Assembly: GCA_038496445.1 (NCBI GenBank)
Contig: JALMLS010000525.1
Location: forward strand, 188,264-252,263
Direction of reading: 5' to 3'
DNA from: Trichosphaerium sp. ATCC 40318
Lineage: Eukaryota; Protista; Tubulinea
DNA: 64,000 bases
Positions 53,948 through 64,000 of the stretch are shown here, in pieces (the first letter of the stretch is position 1; each line of letters opens with the position of its first letter). A program made the translations under genes and the position numbers. The notes under the pieces were generated by a model, which was not told where the DNA came from, did not search any database, and worked only from the letters and a program-made list of their open reading frames with translations.

Positions 53948-56900
53948 TTATTTATATACATTATCCATAGTAACTACTCCTACATACAATAAATCAGTCT
54001 GTACATGGAGATTTTAAAAACTTACCTTTATTGGCCATCATTTGATTGAAGTTATTGATTTCTTCATTGTGATTTGTACTTTGATCGGAATAAGAAGGAA
54101 CATAATAAGGAAGAGATTTACAACAACAACAATTAATGTTAGAAATACTGTAATCGTCTTCTATTTGATTAAAATGTAATCTTTCCTTACGAAATCTGGC
54201 AAAATCTTTACCATGCCATTTTGTTATGCCATGAAAATACCATTTTGTGATAACCCCTAAAGGTTTTTGACCTAAATTGTAAGTAAGTTGGAGTAGTATA
54301 TATGTACTTACTTGGTAAATGAGAAAATGCTTTGACATGGGCATCGTTATAATTAATTATTGGACATGGAGTTATAAAAAATGTACTTCCTTCATTTGAA
54401 TCGTTTCCCTTCCAGTTTTTTTGTAAGAAAAGAGACTGAGTCAGTATTGTTTTGGCATGAGTTAAAGTGTTAGGATCTTCTGGCATTTCAATAAAAGCCC
54501 AAGAGTCATGTACAAATCTGTAAGAAAATAAATTATTATTAAATGGAAAATAACATTTGTTGATCGTACTCATAAGAAACAAATCTATTCTTAAGCACAA
54601 CCTTTGCTCCAACAACTACACTTCCTTGGAAAGTTTTACATTCTTGAGAAATCAAATTCATTAATTGCAAGCTAATCACGATTAGTAATTTCAAAAATTG
54701 ATTTTTTTACCCATAATTATTGTAGATAATTAAATCTCCTTCATGTATTGACTGTTGATTAGTTTGTGGGTTAACTGCAAAAGCAGCACGGATAAGTAAG
54801 TGTTTGTTTGCTTGGGTTAAAGGATCATTTAAATCCAAATACAAGGCATGCTTCCAAACAAAGTTTCTTTTATAAGGATTGTCCCATCGTAATAAATTTT
54901 TCCTTAATAATTTCATTTTTTGTTGTACCACTGATGATATTTCTTCCTCTGGTTGCAATTGACGAAGAATGACACTGTAGAAGCCTTTATGCTGGTTGTT
55001 TTTAAATTGTACCCTTGCTCTATGTCTTATCGTTGAAGGCATGCCACCATGCAATGCCCAAGCAAAACTAATTCCATCTATTTGTACTGTTTTTTTTCTG
55101 GCTATTAAAAAAAATTGAACAATAAAAAAAATGTACATGCCATTACTTACCAATATCAGATAATTCAATCGTTTTAAAACAATCCACATGATTTACATCA
55201 TTTTTATCAGCAGGAAAACCAATTATTGTGATACCAGCAGTTGGATGTGCATGGCCTCCATCGGTGTGCCATCCCAAAGTGTTACTTTGTGTGTAATACT
55301 GTAAAAAAAATTACAAAAATATCAAAAATCGTAAAGAAATACCTTTATCTCTATGCTGTAATATTTAGAGTCATATTCTGTTTTAGTTTTACTGTGACCC
55401 CATAATAGAAAGTGTAGTTTATATAAACGGTGCAAAATAGTATTGTCAGTGGCAGATAAAGGGTTAGGAGGATGACAATGATTATTGCCATAAAGAATTG
55501 GATTATCAGTATCGTAAGGAGACAACCAAGGACCAGCTCCAAAAAAAGCTGCAGCATGTTTTGTCATGTAATTACATGTTAATAGATCAGTTGCTTTGCT
55601 TGCACGATACTAAATTCAAGTTAATACTTGTAAGAAAGAAATATGTACCATGTAATGTAATTTATCTTTATGTAATTCAATAAATTGTCTTAAATCGTTT
55701 ATTGTGTTTGCCATATACTGAGACTCATTCTTAATAACATATAGATTAGTTGTAACTCCATCTTTGTCCAGTTTATGATATTTAAGATGTATATCACATT
55801 CAGCTGTAGTCAGCTAAAGGTTTTGTAAGCACTTAAAACAAAAAAAAAAGTACCTTATCTGATTTAAATGTACGATTTCTTGAGTCATCAAAATGAATCG
55901 TAGGAATGTTGGATTTTGCTCTTTTTTTAATTTGTTTATGATAGCCATCCTTGAACACTTCTTCAGGATAGTCTGATCCTATATAAATGGTTTACAAATA
56001 AATGGTTGCAAAATGTCATTACTTACTTCCTGTTGTTATTGAATCGTAAGCCAACCGGATTTGTTTAACACTAGGAGCTTTATTTAAAGCTGATTTACTA
56101 GTGTGTTGATTTGTTACACTATCATATAAGGCTATATTACCAGCCACTTCATATAAGTGTTGTATAGAGCATTTTTCTCTACTACATAACTTGAACAAAA
56201 AATGTAAATATCGTAATAAGAATTCTGGATAATGTACCTCAACAATGACTTTTTGAGCAGCTTTTGATAACTGTTGTTGTGTAGGACGATGTATAGTTTT
56301 GATTTTATTCAATATGACATCTCTTTGTGGTTTTTGGACTTCTAATTTTATCTTAAAGTCTTCAGATGAATCTTTTTGTAAACCCATGCCATTGTTGTAT
56401 TTGTATAATGTGAGTACTGCATCGTATATGGCCTTTGTATATTCCTTTCTAAGTGTCTTATTTATATCTATTGTAGTTTTGTTTACTACAGCTATCTAAA
56501 TTCGAATTAGCCATTGACAAGTAAAAAATTAAACATATCAAACAAAACTCATTGTTGGACATTGAACAGCATGGCCAATCGCAATATAACCCACTGACAG
56601 CATATGAAGTGCAACATAATTGATAACAACATGTCTGATGGCAGCATAACAACCAGCACAATTGACATGGTCAACACGATTGTAACAAGCTGACACGATT
56701 GACATAGCCAACATGATTGACGATTGCAGCATAGCCAACACGATTGACATGGCCAACACGATTGACATAGCCGACACGAGCCGACACGAGCCGACACGAG
56801 CAGCATAGCCAACACGATTGACATAGCTGACACGATCGCAGCATAACCAACACGATTGACATAGCTGGCACGATCGCAGCATAGTCAACACAATTGACAT

Positions 56901-59749
56901 AGCTGACACGATCGCAGCATAACCAACACGATCAGCAACGATTGCAGCATAGCCAACACGATCAACATAGCCGACACGATCAACATAGTCAACATGATTG
57001 ACATGGCCAACACGATTGACATAGCTGACACGATCAGCATAGCCAACACGATTGACATAGCTGACACGATCGCAGCATAACCAACATGGTCAGCAACGAT
57101 TGCAGCATAGCCAACACGATCAACATAGCCGACACGATTGACATAGCTGACACGATCGCAGCATAACCAACACGATTGACATGGCCAACACGATTGACAT
57201 AGCCGACACGATCAGCATAGCCAACACGATTGACATAGCTGACACGATCGCAGCATAACCAACATGATTGACATAGCTGACACGATCACAGCATAGCCAA
57301 CATGATTGACGATTGCAGCATAGCCGACACGATTGACATAGCTGACACGATACAGCACAGCTGACATGATTGCAGCATAACTGCCATGATTAAAGCATAG
57401 CTGACACAGTACAGCACAATCGACACGATCACTGCAGCATAACCAATACGACTGCCACAGCATAGCCGATACAATACAGCACAGCCAACACGATACAGCA
57501 CAACCGACACGATCACTACAGCATAGCCTATACGATCACTGTGGCATAGCCAATATCAATTACAGCATAATCGATGCGATAACTGCAGCATAGCTGGTAC
57601 AATCACCGCAGCATAGCCGATACGATCACCACAGCATAGCTGATACGATCGCTGCAGCATAGCCGATACGATCACCACAGCATAGCTGACACAATCACTG
57701 CAGCATAGCCGATACGATCACCACAGCATAGCTGACACAATCACTGCAGCATAGCTGATACGATCACTGCAGCATAGCCGATACGATCACTGCAGCATAG
57801 CTGACACAATCACTGCAGCATAGCTGATATGATCACTGCAGCATAGCCGATACGATCACTGCAGCATAGCCGATACGATCACCACAGCATAGCTGACACA
57901 ATCACTGCAGCATAGCTGATACGATCACTGCAGCATAGCCGATACGATCACCACAGTATAGCCGATACGATCGCTGCAGCATAGCCGATACGATCACCAC
58001 AGCATAGCCGATACGATCACCACAGCATAGCCGATACGATCGCTGCAGCATAGCCGATACGATCACCACAGCATAGCTGATACGATCGCCGCAGCATAGC
58101 CGATACGATCACCACAGCATAGCTGCACAATCACTGCAGCATAGCCGATACGATCACCACAGCATAGCCAATACGATCACTGCAGCATAGCCGATACGAT
58201 CACTGCAGCATAACTGACACAATCGCTGCAGCATAGCCGATACGATCGCTGCAGCATAGCTGACACGATCGCCACAACATAGCCAATACAGCATAGCCAA
58301 TGCAGCATAGCTGGTACGATCACTAGTACTACGCAACATAGCTGACACAGCATAGCCAACAAGATCGCCAACGATGCGCAGCATAGCTGATACACAGCAT
58401 AGCCAACACGATCGCCAAACAATACATAGCATAGCCAATACACCATAGCCAACAAGATCGCGACGCAATCGCTAGCCGATACACAGCATAGCTGATACAG
58501 CAAAGCCGACACGATTGCCAACCGATACGCAGTATAGCTGATACACCAAAGCCGACACGATCGCTAACCTATACACAGCATAGCCGACACGATCGCTAAC
58601 CGATACACAGCATAGCCGATACAGCAAAGCCAACACGATCTAACCGATACGCAGCAAAGCCGACATGATCACCAGCCAATACGCAGCAGAGCCGACACGA
58701 TCGCTAACCGATACACAGCAGAGCCGAAACGATCGCTAAAACCGATACGCAGCATAGCAATACAGCAAAGCCGACACGATCGCTAGCCAATACGCAGCAG
58801 AGCTGAAACGATCACTAACCGATACGCAGCATAGCGATACAGCAAAGCCGACACGATCACCAGCTGACACGCAGCAAAGCCGACGCGATCGCTAACCGAT
58901 ACGCAGCATAGCCAATACAACAAAGCCGACGTGATCGCCAGCCGATACGCAGCAGAGCCGACGCGATCGCTAACCGATACGCAGCATAGCCAATACAGCA
59001 AAGCCGACGCGATCGCCAGCCGATACGCAGCAAAGCCGACACGATCGCTAACCGATACACAGCAAAGCCGACGCGATCGCTAACCGATACGCAGCATAGC
59101 CGATACAGCAAAGCCAACGTGATCGCCAGCCGATACGCAGCATAGCCGACGCGATCGCTAACCGATACGCAGCATAGCCGATACAGCAAAGCCGACGCGA
59201 TCGCCAGCCGATACGCAGCATAGCCGACACGATCGCTAACCGATACGCAGCCGACACGCAGCATAGCCGACGCGATCGCCAGCCGACACGCAGCATAGCC
59301 GACGCGATCGCTAACCGATACGCAGCATAGCCGACGCGATCGCCAGCCGACACGCAGCATAGCCAATACAGCAAAGCCGACGCGATCGCCAGCCGACACG
59401 CAGCATAGCTGACGCGATCGCTAACCAATACGCAGCATAGCCGTAACGATAGCCGATAGACGATGCAGTAGCCAATACGATACACCTAGCTGATACAACA
59501 CACCAATAGAGCCGATAGCCATCGTTTAGAGCATAATAGGTCAAAAATTCGTCAAAACATAAAACGAAGGCCTAAATAACAATAAATAGAGACATACCTC
59601 CTGTTTTAGCTTCAATTTGATCTCAAGTTCGTCTTTTGTTGTTTTTTGCCTTTTGGCTCTCTAAAGCCATATTTAATTACGAAACTACTTTAAATAGATA
59701 GAAAAGGTACAACAGAAGTATTGGGATCATTTATACTCCTCTTTGCCAT
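53948..59749 (-). CDS. Transposon-borne AlkB-like 2OG-Fe(II) dioxygenase with a possible C-terminal SRA/SAD-like domain
   Basis: Spliced core YYSIEIK/YYTQSNTLGWHTDGGHAHPTAGITIIG...VQIDGISFAWALHGGMPSTIRHRARV...GFYSVILRQ. HxD at 55268-55260, distal His at 55024-55022, terminal Arg at 54964-54962. 5' exons MAKRSINDPNTSV/RAKRQKTTKDELEIKLKLKQE lie at 59749-59598, beyond the satellite; that linkage is inferred. Exons from 56496 to 53948 join without stops. Confidence 0.7.
56600..59520. repeat. ~2.9-kb composite minisatellite (GCATAGCCGA/ACGATC core), probably intronic
   Basis: Three zones: about 56650-57340 (GCATAGCCAACACGATTGACATAGCTGACACGATC), about 57540-58260 (23-bp GCAGCATAGCCGATACGATCACT) and about 58540-59440 (32-bp ACGCAGCATAGCCGACGCGATCGCTAACCGAT plus variants). 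Confidence 0.92.
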
Positions 59750-59996
59750 CGTACAAGTGAGTTATTCGCAATTTAAGCAAAATTCAGAGAATTGTTGTTT
59801 TTTTACCTTTTTTAGAATTTCTTAGCTTAAATCGCACAGAAACAAAAAAAAACCACAAAACCAACATACCAGTAATAATATCTTTGTTTTAGAGACATCT
59901 TTTCATCATTACTTAATTACTTGAGATTTGGATTAAGGCATGATTTTATCAACAATTTTTTTTGGTCTCATCGTCATTTATTATTAGATTATTACC
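59750..59996. promoter_or_regulatory. Putative bidirectional promoter between the dioxygenase gene and the transposase
   Basis: A 247-bp AT-rich gap between divergent ATGs at 59749 (-) and 59997 (+); positional inference only. Confidence 0.45.
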
Positions 59997-62900
59997 ATGG
60001 CTTCTACCTATAAAAGATGTGTTTCTTGCAATATAGAAATTTCAGCTAGTAACTTTGCTAGACATCTTGCTTCTAAACAACATATTCAAAATATAACTTG
60101 GATTACACAAAAAGAGGTACCTACGATACCTTCTCCAAAACGATTCAAGTCAAACAACCATAAATCTGACTCAATTACTTCTCAACAATTTGCTTCATCT
60201 GCTGAAACTTTACAACCTGTTAATCATTCTTTCCAATTCTCACAATTATTACAACAAAATTTGACACAATTACAACATCAATCGTTACAACCATCTCAAC
60301 AACCTTCACAACAACCTTTGATTGAACTCCATTCTTCCATCACACCAGCCACATCAATTGATGTACTTAATGAAACAGTTCCAGTAGAACAACAATTGCA
60401 GTACATTAACGATCAACAGCTTACTCCTTTACAACAAGTAAAATATTTATTGGTTGCTTTACAACACGATAAAAAGCTATCACAAGTCCATATACAAACA
60501 ATGATACAATTTTTTAACCTTGCACGCTGTATTTTAAAAAAGGACAAACAACCAATACCTTTAAACATCAAAACTTTCCAACAACAGCTACCACAAGTAC
60601 TTTATCAAATAATTTAATTATTATACTTACATTATTGTAGTTTAATGTAAAGATAGCCACGAAATTATTGGATGTACAATACAAAGCATATAATCAATTC
60701 CATTCTATGTCTGTTCCCTATGTATCAGTTAAAGAATATATACGTTGGTACATGTATTCTTTGCCTACATTGGATTTAATCATTCCTAAAAAAGTACCTT
60801 TTAATGGATATTATTCTGGTATTGAAACTGGAGCGAAATATGCTGCCCTATTTGAAGATGTTACAGACAATGATGCAATATGCTTAGCAGGTTATTAATT
60901 ATTAATATTACCATGGTTATTAACTATTCATAGTGTACATAGCATGGGATGACTTTACCTTTGATAAAAAAGATTCTTTTGGACCAGTTTATATGTGTGT
61001 GTGGAACTTACGATTAACAAAAGCTGATGAAGATCCCATACAAGTTGTATTGACTATATTACCTAAAGGTACTTTGTGTGTACATAACTTTTATGCTAAG
61101 AAGATATTAGGAGTTATAATAGAAAGTGTTATTGCAGAATTGGTTGAAAATTTCAAAGAACTGTGGCATGGATTTGATTGTTTCGTAACTGCAAAGAATA
61201 AGGTTCTCACTTTCAATTAATCAAAAATCTTTAATATTTTATCAGCATTGCAAAGTGTATGTACGTTGGACAATGATGCTGGGAGATAGTGTTGGTTCCA
61301 ACAGGTTTATATGTAAGAACTTTGTAATTCATTATTTGTTTAATATATTATGTAGCAATGGCAGCTCCAACAAACAAAAGAGCATGCAGACTTTGTACAC
61401 AAAGACGTGGTCAATTTCATATTGACAATGTACATTTACGAAAACTAAGAAGAGCAGCTTCTATTGAAACAGTTGTTGGAAAAGTAAGTGTATTTACTTA
61501 TAAGTTGTTGATTTGATTTATTGTTAGTCAAATTACCCTGAACTTAGTGACAATTTAAAAAACAGCTATGGCATGAAAAGAAAAAGTCCTTTATTCGGCT
61601 TAATGCCATATAAATTTAATTTATTTTGGGATACTCCTTATTGTCCTTTCCACAACATGTTTTTGGGAATATTTAAAATATTACTATCTGCTACAGTTAC
61701 ATGGATGCAAATACAACCATGGACTCCTGAAGTTGGTGTAAAAACAAGTAGAACATGGATTCAAACACTAATCAGCAATAGAATTGACAAATACAAAGCT
61801 TCACCTGGTGTTGACATCGTAAAGTAAGTAAATAAACATGACATGCACATATTTAGTTTATATTAGAACCAAGCCCATTTGGAATAATGATGCAAAATTA
61901 CAGCTCAGTTCTTGGGATGGAGCTGACTGCCGATCATTTCTAAGAATGGCTTTATGGGTTTTTAAAGGTTTTTTACCCACTGAAAATGATTATGATTTAT
62001 CACAATTTGTTACCAAAACAGATACAAAAGGCCAATCGTACAAATACACTCCTAGTCAATGTGACATGATGCCAATGTGGTATTTTACATTGTTTATTTA
62101 CTTAATAACTATTATAGGATTTTGTTGGTGCATTTTATAGAAATAACTCAAAAAGACAAATTGTCAATTGACGAAACTGAAGCAATAACTGATTATTATG
62201 CCAAACTATTCAATACCATTGAAATTGTATTGCCTGGTACTGTTTGTATTAAATTTATAGCTGACTGTTACCAAGGGTTGAACAGAAACACAGTTAACTT
62301 TCACATTCCTTTTCATTATTCATTTATGGTAAAACGATTTGGAGTGTTTAAAAATTTCAGCACTTATGCTTGTGAACGGAGACAAAAAACAATCAAAGAT
62401 TGGAAACACAGTATTAAAAACAAACACAAGATACAGTACAAGCCAATAACTCTTTTAATCTAAATTATCTATTAGAGAATTAATGCAAAAAGAACTAACT
62501 TACATGCAACTCAAATTTACAAAGCAAAACTTAGTCACTATTTTTGAGACTCATGGATTTGAATATGAAAAACCTGTTAAATTATCTGATGCATGGCAAT
62601 TAGGTGAGTAAAAATGGTAGGTTATATATCTAAATATTTGATAGCAAATAGATACAATAATAGAACACTTACAAAGGAAGAAAAGTTTGTGTTTATTCGG
62701 GATACAAGATTTTATTTTGCTAAAGATGATACATTCCAAAACTACAATGGATTAAGTTCTTCTTTAAAAGCTGTGTCTATAAAAACCACTCAAAAGACAT
62801 GGTTTAAAGCAAAGCACCCAGCTAATAATACACAACATATTTTTGTTGCAACAGAAGCAATATTAAAACATGTTGACTTACAGCCGATATTTATTTTTGG

Positions 62901-63135
62901 CAGGTAAGCAAACATATGTTTAGTTTGTTAATTAATCTAAAATAGTGCACTTATTGTTGATGAATGTTTAACATACGATCCTGTTAGCACAATGTTACGG
63001 TTGAGAACAAGCAATGATTTTAAGACAGTGTGCATTAATGCAAACAACATTATTTATAATGCAGTGGTTATAGCAGATCCGATGGAACCAAACATTTATC
63101 TGGAAAATCACTATGAACATACAATACCAAATTAA
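59997..63135 (+). CDS. CMC-superfamily (EnSpm/CACTA/Plavaka-like) DDE transposase with an N-terminal C2H2 zinc finger
   Basis: CVSC...HLASKQH zinc finger. D1 in VYIAWDDF..GPVYMCVWNL, D2 in MMLGDS followed by CRLC, CPFHNMFLG, and NFHIPFHY..MVKRFG...NFSTYACER (catalytic E). About 10 GT-AG introns join without apparent stops. Confidence 0.8.
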
Positions 63136-63244
63136 CATCTATTTTACACTGTATACCCACACAATAAACATTCTGAGTACAAACACTGAATTTTATGTAG
63201 ATACAAGCTATTAATAACAGGGTACAAAAATCGTATTAGCAAAA

Positions 63245-63356
63245 TACGCAAATTGCACGTTTTGAGCACGTTTTGGGCACGTTTTTTTCCCACGCAAATG
63301 GCACGTTTTGGACACGTTTTTTTCCCACGCAAATGGCACGTTTTGAGCACGCGTAT
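63245..63356 (+). repeat. Right subterminal array, same GCACGTTTTG motif and same orientation as the left array
   Basis: CGCAAATTGCACGTTTTGAGCACGTTTTGGGCACGTTTTTTTCCCACGCAAATGGCACG..., nearly identical to 51011-51060. Confidence 0.9.
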
Positions 63357-63358
63357 TT

Positions 63359-63376
63359 TGTCCGATTCCACCACTG
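63359..63376 (-). repeat. Right terminal inverted repeat
   Basis: TGTCCGATTCCACCACTG is the reverse complement of 50944-50961. Confidence 0.9.
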
Positions 63377-63665
63377 TACTTAATTAGGCAAAAAATCTCA
63401 AATCCAATAAACGTCTTTAAAAAGGGGTTTAATGGAGTTATTGAGCCATAATATCCTTAAACTACTCTAAATATCTTTTTTCTATCGTTTTTGCCTTAAA
63501 AAGGCACTGAACCCCAAACCACCATAAAACCATGCATCATACCTAATAGTGGGCCATACTTCATTTTGTAAAGGATTGGGCAACAGAACATCTTTATCCT
63601 TCCACTTTGGTGGTTTCAATTCCAAACCTATCTATTGCCAACAACTTTAAGGCCTTTTTGTGATC

Positions 63666-64000
63666 CAGTACTGGAATCGGGATTTTGACCCGTACTAAAC
63701 CCGTACGGAACCCGTACTTTTGACCCGTACTTAACCCGTACGGAACCCGTACTTTTGACCCGTACTTAACCCGTACGGGTTCCGTATTGTTGACCCGTAC
63801 TCTACCCGTACGGGTTACGTACTTTTGACCCGTACTCAACCCGTACGGAACCCGTACTTTTGACCCGTACTCAACCCGTACGGAACCCGTACTTTTGACC
63901 CGTACTCAACCCGTATGGGTTCTGTACTTTTGATCCGGATTAAACCCGTACGTAACCTGTACTTTCGACCTGTACAAAACCCGTACGGAATCCGTACTTT
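63666..64000 (+). mobile_element. End of a second, related TIR element with a CCCGTAC subterminal array (runs off the window)
   Basis: CAGTACTGGAATCGG resembles the TIR start CAGTGGTGGAATCGG (13/15). It is immediately followed by a 35-bp unit containing three CCCGTAC motifs spaced 11/11/13 bp. Confidence 0.65.

Larger units (their letters stand above)
50944..63376 (+). mobile_element. 12.4-kb TIR DNA transposon (CMC: EnSpm/CACTA-Plavaka-like transposase) carrying two accessory genes and an internal satellite
   Basis: Perfect 18-bp TIRs, shared subterminal repeats at both ends, abrupt shift to AT-rich CpG-poor sequence, and an internal DDE transposase. No clean TSD (left flank ...GGATTT, right flank TACTTA...). 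Confidence 0.85.

Noticed and set aside
54955-55345. Calling the dioxygenase a TET/JBP enzyme
   Set aside because: It lacks the TET/JBP HxDxxN and terminal RxSxVxY patterns. LGWHxD and the terminal xxxxR fit the AlkB-like pattern better, though only a profile search can settle this.
56600-59520. Possible CRISPR array
   Set aside because: No unique spacers between repeats, no cas genes, and an intron-rich eukaryotic context.
56458-59544. Many Cys/Ala/Val-rich ORFs in the ORF track across the satellite
   Set aside because: They are translations of tandem repeats in several overlapping frames, with no domain signal.
50934-63386. TACTGGATTT / TACTTAATTA as a 10-bp target site duplication
   Set aside because: Only 7/10 identical in AT-rich sequence while the TIRs are perfect; not convincing.
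63681-64000. Possible telomeric repeat
   Set aside because: The 35-bp composite unit is not a simple G-rich telomere repeat, and it starts directly after a TIR-like sequence.

Overview
Eukaryotic, gene-dense genomic DNA with very short (mostly about 35-100 nt) spliceosomal introns. It is probably from a protist, plausibly an amoebozoan (inference from gene content only). Positions 1-50.5 kb hold about 21 tightly packed genes: an LRR protein, an unusual UBL-vWA-Rac fusion, CUL3, COX16, class II PRPP synthetase, SAICAR synthetase, VPS13, a saposin precursor, PFKFB, a degenerate aryl-CoA ligase, CHMP2/VPS2, BUD13, PDXK, CAPZB, HIBCH, an ARM-TKL kinase, HAUS2-like, calmodulin-like, CSN5, SYF2 and a RING protein. 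From about 50.8 kb the window becomes a transposon island. Its main feature is a 12.4-kb element (50944-63376) with 18-bp terminal inverted repeats, 11-bp-phased subterminal repeats and a spliced CMC/EnSpm-type DDE transposase. Divergently transcribed from the transposase is a spliced gene encoding an AlkB-like 2OG-Fe(II) dioxygenase (WHTD...H...R) followed by a possible SRA-like domain, with a ~3-kb CGAT-rich satellite in one intron. A third gene has a possible inactive Ulp1-like domain. Inside the element most surviving CpGs sit in an ATCG/CGAT context, while neighbouring repeat remnants show CpG-to-TpG decay. Together these suggest a transposon-encoded, sequence-specific DNA-modification or anti-silencing system (inference). 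A related element with a different subterminal motif starts at 63666. All gene models were spliced by eye, so exon boundaries and some starts are approximate. No database searches were run.
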